Positions 8,742 to 20,204 of a DNA stretch of 64,000 nucleotides are shown here, one piece after another (position 1 is the stretch's first letter; the number at the start of each line of letters is the position of its first letter). The stretch is taken from positions 2,272,001 to 2,336,000 of the forward strand of contig OY762007.1 of the NCBI GenBank assembly GCA_963665115.1, given 5' to 3'. The DNA is from an uncultured Rivularia sp. GTDB taxonomy: Bacteria > Cyanobacteriota > Cyanobacteriia > Cyanobacteriales > Nostocaceae. Both the position numbers and the translations under genes were made by a program. Below the pieces are notes generated by a model. The model was not told the DNA's origin. It did no database searches and was given only the letters and a program-made list of their open reading frames with translations.

Positions 8742-10503
8742 ATGTACGACTTAACTAAATTTACTCTTAGGGATATGTCAGAGTGCGGTTTAGCGCTACG
8801 ACAAATTGCAGAAAAATCTGATTGCATGGAAGATGCTAGTAATTTAATTATCAAATATTTTTACGAAAATTTTATTAATAAAGATACTGGAGAAAAATCT
8901 TGCATTCTTGTACGCTTTTTTAAAACTCATACCTACGAGAAACTAACTCCCGAATTACAAGAATTTGCACGGGATATATTAGCTCAAAACAAGGTTGCCG
9001 ATGATTTAAAATGTTTGACTTTACTATCTACTGCGGGTGAACTTCCAGAATGGAATTCTCGCTATAAATCAACAGCACACAAAGCAATACCACTTGCAAG
9101 TGAAGATTCTATACATCGCATACCAATGATTTCGCAATTGATTAGACAAATGGGTTTAAATCCTGGAACACTATTACAAACCGATGCCGATTTATTAATT
9201 GATAGCGAACAGAAGATGTATAACGTATTTTATGTTCCTAATGCTTTGGGTAGCTCTTATATTCCTTGCCAAACATCTTTCGTAATTCCGTTCGGAGTCA
9301 AATCTGTGATTGGATTTGGTGGATTATTGCCTACTGGCAATATGTTTACGATTTTGATGTTTTTGAGGATAGTAGTTTCCGCAAACAATTGTAGATTTAA
9401 TACGTCCTTTAGCCCTAAATGTTAAAACTGCGATTCTTCCTTTTGATGACGGCAGAATTTTCAAAGAACCTCATCAAGTATCTATTAACGAAGACAATAT
9501 TTTACAGCGCCTAAATTCTAAAGTTGGCACTTTAAATCAGTTACTAAATGTTTCCGAACAATCCACTATTACTCAGTCAGATCGTTTAGAGAAAGCAATT
9601 ATCAACCTTGAGCAAACTTTGAATCAGCTTCAGAAAACTCAAATTCAACTAGTACATAATGAAAAAATGTCTAGTTTAGGTCAGATGGTGGCAGGTGTTG
9701 CTCATGAAATTAATAATCCTGTAAGCTTTATTCATGGAAATCTTAACTACGTAGAGGAATACAGCCAAACTTTACTCAAATTAATCCACTTGTATCAACA
9801 GAAAGATGCCGACGATTTAGAACAAATTCAACAAGAACTTGATTTTGAAGAATTAGATTTTATCAAAGAAGACTTTATCCAAATTATTCGGTCGATGAAG
9901 GTAGGAACTGAACGTATTCAAGAAATTGTTAAATCTCTAAGAATTTTTTCTCGCTTAGACGAAGCAGAAATTAAACGGGTTGATATTCATTTAGGTATCG
10001 ATAGTACTTTGATGATTTTACAAAGTCGTTTAAAAGATCAATCCACTCATTCAAATATTGAAGTAATAAAAGAATATGGCAAATTACCAGAAATAGATTG
10101 CTATCCCGGTCAACTAAATCAAGTATTCATGAATATTATTGCTAATGCGATTGATGCTTTAGAAGAACAAATAGGTAATAGAGGATGGGCAACAGAAGAT
10201 AATAAAAAAGAATGGAACAAAGATATTTTTAAACCTTTTCAAATTCGTATTCGTACTAAAGTTTTAAATGAAAAATGGATATCTGTTAGTATTTCTGATA
10301 ATGGTTTGGGGATGACAGAAGAAGTTAGTTCTAAATTATTCGATCCATTTTTTACAACTAAAGAAGTCGGAAAAGGTACGGGATTGGGATTATCTATCAG
10401 TCATCAAATTGTAGTAGAAAAACATGGCGGACAACTCAAATGTAATTCTGTACTTGGAGAAGGTACGGAATTTGTAATAATGCTTCCGATTAATTCGCTT
10501 TAA
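8742..10503 (+). CDS. sensor histidine kinase with an uncharacterised N-terminal domain; +1 frameshift near 9377
   Basis: H-box VAHEINNP, N-box QVFMNIIANA and G-box GKGTGLGL; removing one T at 9376-9378 joins the two ORFs (span 3n+1). Confidence 0.8.
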
Positions 10504-10605
10504 AGAAAGTGCTGTATGATTTTACTTCACTAGATTCGTAGTAAGGAATTTAGTCTTCAGATTAAGAGAACTGAAGTTCTTACTACAAACCATTATAAAG
10601 CCTTA

Positions 10606-11742
10606 TCAAAGTTTCGTTTTTAGTCTTGCATTAACCGTTGGCGATCGACTTTCCCAAAGACGAACTGTTTTATCGAAACCACCGCTAGCAAGAGTTTTTC
10701 CGTCAGGGCTGAAAGCGAGGGAACTTACCCAGTCTGAATGCCCGTAAAGCGTACTTAATAAACTACCTGTATTCAAATCCCAGATTTTTATCCCGTCTTT
10801 ACCACCGCTAGCTAAAGTTTGTCCGTCTGGATTAACTGCGATCGCAATCACTGAGTTAGTATGCCCGGTGAAGGTTTGCAATACTTCTCCAGAATTGAAA
10901 TTCCACATTTTCACAACGCGATCGCTACTAGCGGTAATCACATTATTTCCATCCGGTGTAAAGGCTATAGCTTTAACTTCCCTCTGATGCGCTTGGAATC
11001 CGCGAATCAACCTTCCACTTTGCAAATCCCACAGTTTCACAATACCTTTATTGTCGCCGCTAATTAATGTTCTACCATCGGGGCTAATTGCTACGGTGTA
11101 AATTAAATTATCAAACTTTGCTAATCTCCCCAAAGGACGTTGTTGCAACAAATCCCATATCCTAATTCCATCTAAAGCACCGCTAACAAGAACTTTACTA
11201 TCTGGAGTCACCGCGATTGAAAGTACGTTACTGCTATGTGCCCTAAAGGAACGGATAAATTTGTAGCTTTCCAAACTCCAAATATTAACGGAGTTATCAG
11301 TACTACAACTGACTAAATGTCTACCATCTGGGGAAATTAACAAAGATTGTATCGATTCTTGATGTGCTTTACGAATCTCACCCAAGCGTTTCTTCTTTTT
11401 CAAATTCCATAAACGAATAATACCATCGTTGTTAGAACCTCCGCTGACAAGCATTCTACCGTCAGGGCTGAAAGTTACAGCTTTAACGGCTCCTTTATGG
11501 CCTTTAAAAGTATGACTTAATTGAGGATTCGTAAAATTATTTGCAGCAGTTGAACCTATAATAACTTGTGCAGTAGCTGGCTCAGTCAATGGTAATTGAG
11601 TAATACCCACAATACCTACTGCTCCCATTAATACCGGCATAAGGTTTTTTGCGACAAATATTTTAGATTTAGAAGCTAAGATCTCAAATACAGAGGAATT
11701 AATAAAGCTGGACTTTATAAAGTTATGATGAAATATTTTCAT
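10606..11742 (-). CDS. WD40-repeat protein with an N-terminal signal/anchor
   Basis: About seven GH...VAFSPDG...IxLWD/N repeats. Confidence 0.9.
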   Translation of the reverse strand: MKIFHHNFIKSSFINSSVFEILASKSKIFVAKNLMPVLMGAVGIVGITQLPLTEPATAQVIIGSTAANNFTNPQLSHTFKGHKGAVKAVTFSPDGRMLVSGGSNNDGIIRLWNLKKKKRLGEIRKAHQESIQSLLISPDGRHLVSCSTDNSVNIWSLESYKFIRSFRAHSSNVLSIAVTPDSKVLVSGALDGIRIWDLLQQRPLGRLAKFDNLIYTVAISPDGRTLISGDNKGIVKLWDLQSGRLIRGFQAHQREVKAIAFTPDGNNVITASSDRVVKMWNFNSGEVLQTFTGHTNSVIAIAVNPDGQTLASGGKDGIKIWDLNTGSLLSTLYGHSDWVSSLAFSPDGKTLASGGFDKTVRLWESRSPTVNARLKTKL

Positions 11743-11961
11743 GGTTTACAAAATAATCTAAGCAAATACCCTTAAAAAGCATAAAAGAGGGTTTCCCCTC
11801 CTCAAAATCTATTTTGCCTTGTACATCAAAGGTTTGCCAATAGACAGTAATTTTCGATAATTGATATTTCTTTCCTAAAAATGTTTGAGACGTTGCATTA
11901 CAACGTCTCTACATTGTTTATGTAGCTTTTTATTCAACTTTTCAACTTCGATCTTTAATGC

Positions 11962-12261
11962 CTACTGTGGTGGTTTCTTCTTAGAGATACTCAACATTGG
12001 CAACGACGAATTAGATGAATGGGGAGGTAAATATAATTGTTTTGCAGGTTCATCCGAATTTTGTAAAGTAGGACTTTGTTTAATCCGCAACCACCTGATA
12101 ATTAAGGCTGTTCCAGCAGTTCCTAAGCCAAAAACAAACAGTGCCCAACTGTCATCGAATCCACCTATGAGTGCATCCACTATTCCCATCGTGATTAATA
12201 TGGTGATTAGCGGTTCTTTACGGTAGGCTGATTTTACAATACGAGGAAATACAGCATTCAT
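11962..12261 (-). CDS. small hypothetical membrane protein
   Basis: Two hydrophobic segments and a basic, Pro-rich tail. Confidence 0.65.
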   Translation of the reverse strand: MNAVFPRIVKSAYRKEPLITILITMGIVDALIGGFDDSWALFVFGLGTAGTALIIRWLRIKQSPTLQNSDEPAKQLYLPPHSSNSSLPMLSISKKKPPQ

Positions 12262-12905
12262 CACAGCGTGTTTTCAGTTCCCCTTAAGTTAATTGTTTAC
12301 TAATATAGCGATATTGCATTATAGACGCTTAATATCAAAGCATTAATACTATTATAATTTTATTCAACAGGCAAGTAAGGAATTCCCTAACTTTACTAAA
12401 AGTTTAGCTTCTATTCAGTTTAGCTATTATCCCTCGTCTTTATATTTAATTGCAAGTTCACAATAGCACTTATATCAAAGACAGGGAATAGGGAGTAAGA
12501 GATTGTAGGGCAAGGGGAGATGAATATATTATTTTGATTTTGTCTCGACCGTTTTTCTTGCTTAACTAAAAAATAATTCCTCTTTAGCGGATAATTTCAA
12601 CGTAAAAGTTAGGATTAGAAGCAAGATAGTTTTTATTTAAGTACTTGTGCAAAATTAATTAAATATTTTCTTTGGCTAGGGAACATTCATATCACTGAGC
12701 AGTAAATATATAAATAATGCAGGCTTGACTACTTAAATTAAATTTTAGAGACAAATCTTGAGGGAATCGAAAAAACCGGGTTTTTAAATGAATCGATCGG
12801 TTTTTCTAGTTCACTCATTATCAAAAAACCCGGTTTTAACTAAAAGTAATGCTTTCTAATTACTCACCGCCGCGATCGCACTCTTATTTGTTGCCTAAAA
12901 AAAGA

Positions 12906-13082
12906 CTATCTCAGCCCCAACCATGCTAAAACACCTTGATTGGTTATACATTCAATCGCCACCATTATCACAAAACCAATCATTGCAGCTCTACCATTTA
13001 AACGTTCTGCATACTCGTTAAAGCCTAATTTTGGTTCTTCCAATCTGGGTGTAACGGTTGGTTGTGGTTGCTGTACTGTCAT
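12906..13082 (-). CDS. hli: high light-inducible protein (Hli/Scp, CAB-like)
   Basis: AERLNGRAAMIGF motif; AAGGAGG SD before the ATG at 13082; 58 aa. Confidence 0.92.
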   Translation of the reverse strand: MTVQQPQPTVTPRLEEPKLGFNEYAERLNGRAAMIGFVIMVAIECITNQGVLAWLGLR

Positions 13083-13186
13083 TGAAAATACCTCCTTATA
13101 TAAAGATCGACATATTCGATCGGATTTAAATTTTAATTGCACTGCTTGAACTAGCAATATTCAAAATTAAGGCAATACAACTACAA

Positions 13187-13204
13187 TTTACAAAATTTTA
13201 CTAT
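13187..13204. promoter_or_regulatory. HLR1-like (RpaB) site upstream of hli
   Basis: TTTACAAA-AT-TTTACTAT direct repeat fitting (G/T)TTACA(T/A)(T/A)-N2-repeat. Confidence 0.65.
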
Positions 13205-13383
13205 TTTTTATATAACGTAACAAGGCGCTGGTGGTGGTTAAAACAGCTAATTGTAAGGCTCCGCCGAAGAATTGAGGGTATGTAAGATGAAATTGGTAGT
13301 ATTTAATTCAGCATGACTGCTATTAAATTGACAGACTACAGTTAAAGCAATATTGAAGCTGTAAGTTAATTTAGGGGCAGTAT

Positions 13384-14473
13384 ATGGAAATCGGTGTTCC
13401 CAAGGAAACAAAAGATAGAGAGTTTCGAGTAGGGTTAAGTCCTTCCAGTGTCAGGGTTTTAAAGGAAGCAGGCCATAATATTTTTGTAGAAACCAAAGCC
13501 GGTACTGGTGCTGGATTTACAGATGACAATTACGTAAGTGCGGGCGCACAAATTGTTACCACACCTGAAACTGCTTGGAATCGTGAATTAATTGTAAAAG
13601 TCAAAGAAACCGCTACAGGCAGAATATAAATTTTTGCAAAAAGGGCAATTACTATTTACTTATTTACATTTAGCAGCAGATAGAAAATTAACTGAACATT
13701 TAATTGATTGTGGTGTAACGGCGATCGCCTACGAAACAGTAGAGCAACCTGGTGCGAATAAGTTACCTTTGCTTACTCCGATGAGTATAATTGCCGGTCG
13801 TCTTTCGGTACAGTTTGGTGCTAGATACCTTGAAAGTCAGCAAGGTGGAAGAGGGGTACTTTTAGGTGGAGTACCAGGAGTTAAACCGGGTAAAGTCGTA
13901 ATTTTAGGTGGTGGTGTAGTTGGTACCGAAGCTGCAAAAATTGCCGTCGGCATGGGTGCTACAGTACAAATTTTAGATATTAACGTCGAACGCTTATCTT
14001 ATTTAGAAACATTATTCGGTTCCAGAGTTGAACTGCTTTATAGTAATTCTGCCTATATTGAAGAAGTAGTTCCTCAAGCGGATTTACTTATAGGTGCAGT
14101 TTTAGTCTTAGGAAGACGAGCGCCTACCTTAGTATCTCGCGAATTGATCAAAAAGATGAAGCCCGGTGCAGTAATTGTAGATGTTGCCGTCGATCAAGGT
14201 GGATGTATTGAGACTTTACACCCTACATCTCATACAAATCCAGTTTATGAAGAAGAAGGAGTAATACATTACGGCGTACCTAATATGCCAGGTGCCGTAC
14301 CAAGGAGTGCAACTCAGGCACTAAACAATAGTACTTTACCCTATGTACGACAGTTAGCGAATGAGGGAATAAAAGCTTTGGTTAATAATCCAGCATTAGC
14401 GAAAGGATTAAATGTAGATCATCATAAAATCGTGCATCCAGCCGTAAAAGAAGTATTTCCAGATTTGGTTTAA
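13384..14473 (+). CDS. ald: alanine dehydrogenase; +1 frameshift near 13608
   Basis: MEIGVPKE, FTYLHLAA, GGGVVG and YGVPNMPGAVP; removing one A at 13607-13609 restores KVKEPLQAEY. Confidence 0.9.
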
Positions 14474-14616
14474 GATAATTGCAAAATGCCCGCAGCCTCC
14501 AAGGCTGGGGCTACAATTACAAAGATCGAGGGACGATCTAAGCTATATTTTTTTAATAAGGAAAGCAAATTACGTTAAAAATTGGGTTTTAAATTGGAAT
14601 AAAAATTTTTTAATAC

Positions 14617-14727
14617 CTAGTACCGCTGCGCGGAAGTAAAAAGTCAAAAGTAAGAAGTAAAAAGTATTATATGATAAGGCTTTCAAACTTTTTAAATGGG
14701 TGCTTTATTTACGCCGTACTGTACTAG
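14617..14727. mobile_element. MITE-like element, 111 bp
   Basis: Imperfect terminal inverted repeats CTAGTACCGC...GTACTGTACTAG around internal AAAAGT(C/A) heptamers. Confidence 0.6.
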
Positions 14728-15096
14728 CACGCTAAAACCTTGCTATAAAAGGCTTTAATATATATTATACGATAATTATCTCAAAAAAAAACTCAGATTA
14801 CTTATTAATACTGTCTTATTTACTGTTCCCTCTTGTACAACTTTTTAATTAGCGTACCGAGTACAGAATAACCTTTTTTTATAATTATTTTGAAATCAAG
14901 TTTTTCCTTAATCTATCAAAGAAGTAATTTATTCATCGTCCTAAAACAATTAAAAATTAAAAATTACCATTACCTGAAGTCTGAAGCTTAAAGCGGTATA
15001 ATAATTCTTTTATATTTTTCTCCTTAAAAGGAGAGGCTTGTATCCTTAATTTTGAATTCAAAAAATGATCAACTAGTATTTAGAGGGAACAATAAA

Positions 15097-16062
15097 ATGC
15101 CGAAAATATCTGTTATAATTCCCGCTTATAATGCAATGAATTATCTTCCAGATACTTTAGATAATCTTCTGAAGCAAACATATAATGATTTTGAAATAAT
15201 TATTGTTAATGATGGTAGTTCCGATAGCATTGAACAATGGTTTTCTCAACTCCAAGATCGGCGAGTTAAGCTGATTTCTCAAGAAAATCAAGGGGCGGGA
15301 TTAGCAAGAAATACAGGTATAATTAATGCCAAAGGCGAATATTTAGCATTTTTAGATGCAGATGATATTTGGGAATCAACAAAACTGGAAAAACAACTAC
15401 GTATTTTGGAAGAAAATCCAGAAGTTGGATTAGTATATACTTGGGTCGAATATATTAGTGAAACAGGTCAATCTACAGGTAGAATTGTTAAGCATCAGGC
15501 TGAAGGTAATGTTTGGGAAAAACTCATAAAATGTAATCTTGTTGAATGCGGTAGCGTTGCAATGGTTCGTCGCAGTTGTTTTGATGATGTTGGCATATTC
15601 GATCGGAATTTAAGTTCATTTGTTGAAGATTGGGATATGTGGCTGCGTATTGCTTCCCGTTTTCCTTTTAAAGTGGCTAAGGAAGTTTTAGTATATTATC
15701 GACAACACCCCAATGGGGGTTCTAAAAATTGGCCATCGATGGAAGAAAACTATAAAATAGTGATTGAAAAAGCTTTTTCTTCTGCTCCAAATAAATTAGA
15801 ACATTTGAAGAATAAATCCTATACATCAGCTTATCTCTGTCTAGCTTGGAAGCCCTTACAAAGCAGCATTCAAGACTATAAAAAAGCTATTTATTTTCGT
15901 AGTTTAGCAATTAAATACTATCCCCAGACTTGTTTATCTAAAGAATTTTTCAGACTGAGTTTAGCAATCGAGATTCAGCGCTGGTTGGGAAATGAAGCTT
16001 ATCAAAAGTTTCTCAAGTTATTTTTTCTACTGCGGAGATGTACGACAGCAATTAGTAAATAA
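15097..16062 (+). CDS. glycosyltransferase family 2
   Basis: ISVIIPAYN, VNDGSSD, FLDADD and EDWDMW. Confidence 0.9.
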   Translation: MPKISVIIPAYNAMNYLPDTLDNLLKQTYNDFEIIIVNDGSSDSIEQWFSQLQDRRVKLISQENQGAGLARNTGIINAKGEYLAFLDADDIWESTKLEKQLRILEENPEVGLVYTWVEYISETGQSTGRIVKHQAEGNVWEKLIKCNLVECGSVAMVRRSCFDDVGIFDRNLSSFVEDWDMWLRIASRFPFKVAKEVLVYYRQHPNGGSKNWPSMEENYKIVIEKAFSSAPNKLEHLKNKSYTSAYLCLAWKPLQSSIQDYKKAIYFRSLAIKYYPQTCLSKEFFRLSLAIEIQRWLGNEAYQKFLKLFFLLRRCTTAISK

Positions 16063-16161
16063 TATTAGCCCTTTAGGTTATAGCCGTACCTAGTGTGCGA
16101 AAAATACAATCAAAATCATCTACGGATTTTATCAGGCTAACTCAACCTTTAACCTTTAACC

Positions 16162-17548
16162 TCAAGACCGTAATATTTGATAATATCCCCACAAATTCTT
16201 TCTTTCTTTTGTCGATATCAATGGCAGCATTAATAATAATATAGAGAAGTAACGCAATGGACTTTCAACTGTACCTAAAAACAATACAGTTACCGAAAGA
16301 GTAAACCAGATCGAAGGGGTAATATAATTTGGTTTACCAAGTTCTTTTGAAACATATAAATGTAGAACAATATAACTGATTAAAGTACAGACTTCAGCCC
16401 ATCCATATCCAACTATGCCGATACGAGGTACTAGTAACAACGCAGTTCCCCCGAGTATGACTACATTAATTAAATGAAACCAAGCAACTTGCATATTTTT
16501 GCTTAATAAATAAAGAGCGGAAATATGTAAATTAAATATTGAATTGGCTATATAGCTAACTGCAATAAATGGATACACATCTAATACCGGGTCCCATTTT
16601 TGACCAAAAACAATACTCAAGACTATTGGTGCTATTAGGGAAAAACACGCCATTGGTAATCCGACTATCAAAGCTAATAAATGCATTCCTTCTTCAACGC
16701 TATAAAGCAAGCGAGCTTTATTGTCTTTAAATTTCGCTAAAGCCGCCATTGCTAAACGCCAAGCAATATATTTTACGAAGGAAAGTATTTCTACCAAGCG
16801 GATGGCTAAAGCGACAAAAGCAACAGCTTCTGCACCAGCAAAACGTCCTACAACTACCAGATTTACCAGCGATCGCAATTCCCAAGTCCAGCTAGAAGCG
16901 GAATAGGTAAAGCCAAAGCTCAACATTTGTTTTGCTAATTTCGGGTTCCAGCACAAGCCGAATTTTAAATTAGCACCTAACTGACTAAGTATAAAGAAGA
17001 TATGTTGTTGAACTAATAAACCTACTGCGTGCGACCAAGCACCAGCCCCTTGAAACGCCAACGGTATGGCAATTACGTAGTAGCTAATTTGACTTATTAA
17101 CTCATTGAAAGCAACACGTTTATAATTCAGGTCGCGTTCGAGTTTCACCGTCGAAGGTACTTTTAAAAGAGTCGGAGGAATTGTAAAAGCTAAGGCTAAT
17201 AAAAGTGGTGAAACTTGCTCAATTCTGAGAAAACCAGCAATAATATCTCGGAAGAACGCCATACCCAAAGTCAGAACTATACTGATACCAAGTAAAATTG
17301 TGAAAGCTTGATTGTACTCTTTCTGGTCTGGATTCTCAGTTTGACGCACCAGATAAACATCCAAACCCCAAGGGCCCTAAACGGTGAAGAAAAACAGCGA
17401 TTCCCGAAGCAGCACCAAAAAAACCAAATTGCTCCGGGCCAATAATTCGCGTCACAAAGATAATGCTCGACAAGCTGAGTAAAATACCCAAACCTTGGCG
17501 GATAACCATAATAAATCCGCCTTTTACGGCTTGATTACGTAATCCCAT
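16162..17548 (-). CDS. wzx: Wzx-type polysaccharide flippase; +1 frameshift near 17370
   Basis: Multi-TM protein in a polysaccharide cluster; N-terminal ORF MGLRNQAVKGG...RIIGPEQFG overlaps the main ORF; span 3n+1. Confidence 0.8.
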
Positions 17549-17664
17549 ATATATTTAAAATATTATGTATGTTTGCAATGGATTTGGGCATTGGGAATTG
17601 GGCATTGGGCATTCTTTACTACTCCTTACTCCCTACTTACTACTCCCAACTTATTTAAGGACTA

Positions 17665-18624
17665 TCATGAAACGGTACCAGCCCTAAGCTTACCCAAGGT
17701 TTTCTTCAATCCTCGGACTTTGCCGTAAGTTTGAGGTCCAAATAAAGCTAATATCATGATGGCGACACTCAAACGTAGATATATTGATGTAAAACGTATT
17801 TCAGGGTAATGGTGTACGGCCTGTTGACGGTAATACGCTGCTTGTTTGTAGTCTTTTTCTTCGTCATTAGCCAACCAAGCGGCTAAGATATTCATCCATC
17901 CATAGCTGCGGTTTTTTAAATAAAGTAATTTTTCTGGGACATTTTGAAAGGTTTTTTCTATTACCCTAGATAGTTCGGGAACTATTTTTTTATTGCTTTT
18001 AGTTGTATTCTGAGGATGCCTTCTATAGAGAGTTAAAGGTTCTTTGATTACTGCAAAAGGATAACAGCTCGCGATACGAGTCCACATATCCCTATCTTCA
18101 CCAATAGATAAATCTGAATCGAACAGACCTACTTTATCAAAGCATTCAGCCCGAATCATTGTAGAACTACCAGTGGATATCATATCTCGAACCACGATTT
18201 TTTCCCATACATTTCCCTCAATATGAGAAATAAGTGATACCCCTATAGGCTGACTAAATTGGTCTATAAAAGCTGTCCAGGTATAAGCTAAACCTACTTT
18301 GGGACTAGCTTCGAGACGATTCACTTGTTTTTCTAACTTTGTCGATTCCCATAAATCATCAGCATCAAGAAAAGCTATATACTTCCCTTGAGAGTTGCGA
18401 ATTCCCGTATTTCGTGCTGCGGACACACCCTGATTTGCTTGCGAAATCAACTTGACTCGCGAGTCTGTTATTTGTGAAACCCATTCCACAACATTATCTG
18501 AACTACCATCATTAATAATCAATATTTCAAAATCGCTGAAAGTCTGCTTAAAAACACTTTCTAGAGTTTCCGGCAGATAATTCATCGCGTTGTAAACTGG
18601 AATAATTACAGAAAGTTTTGGCAT
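17665..18624 (-). CDS. glycosyltransferase family 2
   Basis: LSVIIPVYN, INDGSSD and FLDADD; close paralog of 15097-16062. Confidence 0.9.
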   Translation of the reverse strand: MPKLSVIIPVYNAMNYLPETLESVFKQTFSDFEILIINDGSSDNVVEWVSQITDSRVKLISQANQGVSAARNTGIRNSQGKYIAFLDADDLWESTKLEKQVNRLEASPKVGLAYTWTAFIDQFSQPIGVSLISHIEGNVWEKIVVRDMISTGSSTMIRAECFDKVGLFDSDLSIGEDRDMWTRIASCYPFAVIKEPLTLYRRHPQNTTKSNKKIVPELSRVIEKTFQNVPEKLLYLKNRSYGWMNILAAWLANDEEKDYKQAAYYRQQAVHHYPEIRFTSIYLRLSVAIMILALFGPQTYGKVRGLKKTLGKLRAGTVS

Positions 18625-18965
18625 AGTTCGATTTTGGATTTTAGATTTTGGATTTTGGATTTTAATAACGGATATTTTTGGAGTTAGGGATTAGGAGTTA
18701 AATTAGGTAAGTCGGCGTAAAATATAATTGTGTTCTGTCATTGCGTTACCCTAACGGTGAGGCAAGCTGAACACGGAGTGTTCCCAAAAGCGGGAATGGA
18801 GGCACGACGACGCATTCAGCCGAGCTGCGGTTAATCCCAATCGTTTTGAGGCTTTTACTTTCCGTTACATAGTTAGTACGAGCCTACTAATTAAATTATT
18901 TTTAAAGCTATTTTTAAAGCTATTTTTAAGGCTATTTTTTAAATAAATTTATCAAATAATAATAT

Positions 18966-20150
18966 CTATCCAGCTTGCTCCTGCTTTCTTTTAATAGTTG
19001 CTAAAATCACATCTCTGTATTTTAAAGCAATAGTATCAGAATTAAATCTTAAAACGTTATTTATAGGTTTTTGTTGCCAATTTTGTTGCAATACTTTTAT
19101 TAATGTGTCTGCATATATTCGTGGGTTCGTAACATCACATAAGATACCGCTATTGCCGACAATATAACGCCGCATTTCGTCATCAGTTGCAACTATTGGT
19201 AAACCACTCGCCATCGCTTCAATATAAGCAAAACCAAAAGGTTCATTAATAGAAGGAAGTGTAAACATATCGGCACTACGATATACTTCGGGCATTCTTT
19301 TAAAAGGAAACGTACATATTTTAAATCGATTTGAACCGAGTAATTTATCGCCTCTAATTTTAAAATATTTTTTATCTGGCCCATCTCCGCATAGCAATAA
19401 ACTTGCTTCAGGCAAACGAGCAACCGCGTCGATAGCTAAATCTACTCTTTTATGATTATTACGATTTAAGGAAGCGACACACAATATAATTGGTTTTTTC
19501 AAACCAAATTCCATCTTGCTTCCTTTGGGATTAAACTGTTCTAAATCAACTCCATTGGGAATAATACTTACAGGTTGCGTTGATTTAATATTGCGAGCTA
19601 ATTTAGCAGTTTTATCATCATAAACTATTAAATGGTCGGGAGAAAAATGCAAATTGCGTTTCAAACATTTACCTCCAGCTAATAGATTATTATGTTCGGT
19701 ATAGAGTATAGGAATACCTTTTATCGCACGTACTAGAGCAGCAATTGCTAACCCACCATAATCATTACAAGGGAATATTAAATCGGTAGAATTATTTAAA
19801 CAATGAGTCACGCAGGGTAAAAAATTAGTTAGATGTTCAATTATAATTTCGGGATGATTTACAAAGCGATGTAATAAATTTTTAATCAACGGTTGATTGA
19901 TAAAATCATAAGTATAAGCGCGAGGAATACCACCAGAAGGAAGAGAAAATTCACCGCACTCAGCACCACTTAAAAGTTCTACGTCAAAGTAATTACTAAG
20001 ACGACGAGAAATTTCGATTGCAAAAACTTCTGAACCACCGCTCCAATTAACTCCCGCGCTGGGATGAATGATGGTTATTTTGTAAGAATGTTTTTTGTTA
20101 TTTAACAGTTGCTGCCGATTCTTTGTAGATTTGATTAGTTGTTGAATCAT
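18966..20150 (-). CDS. glycosyltransferase family 4
   Basis: IPNGVD and EPFGFAYIEAMASGLP. Confidence 0.9.
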   Translation of the reverse strand: MIQQLIKSTKNRQQLLNNKKHSYKITIIHPSAGVNWSGGSEVFAIEISRRLSNYFDVELLSGAECGEFSLPSGGIPRAYTYDFINQPLIKNLLHRFVNHPEIIIEHLTNFLPCVTHCLNNSTDLIFPCNDYGGLAIAALVRAIKGIPILYTEHNNLLAGGKCLKRNLHFSPDHLIVYDDKTAKLARNIKSTQPVSIIPNGVDLEQFNPKGSKMEFGLKKPIILCVASLNRNNHKRVDLAIDAVARLPEASLLLCGDGPDKKYFKIRGDKLLGSNRFKICTFPFKRMPEVYRSADMFTLPSINEPFGFAYIEAMASGLPIVATDDEMRRYIVGNSGILCDVTNPRIYADTLIKVLQQNWQQKPINNVLRFNSDTIALKYRDVILATIKRKQEQAG

Positions 20151-20204
20151 TCTATTTTACATTTTCAATTCCCAATTTCCAATTCCCAATTGCCCTTTAA
20201 TCTT

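Noticed and set aside
12773..12838. AAAACCGGGTTTTT...AAAAACCCGGTTTT inverted repeat
   Set aside because: Looks like an ordinary dispersed palindromic repeat or terminator downstream of hli; nothing further supports a function.
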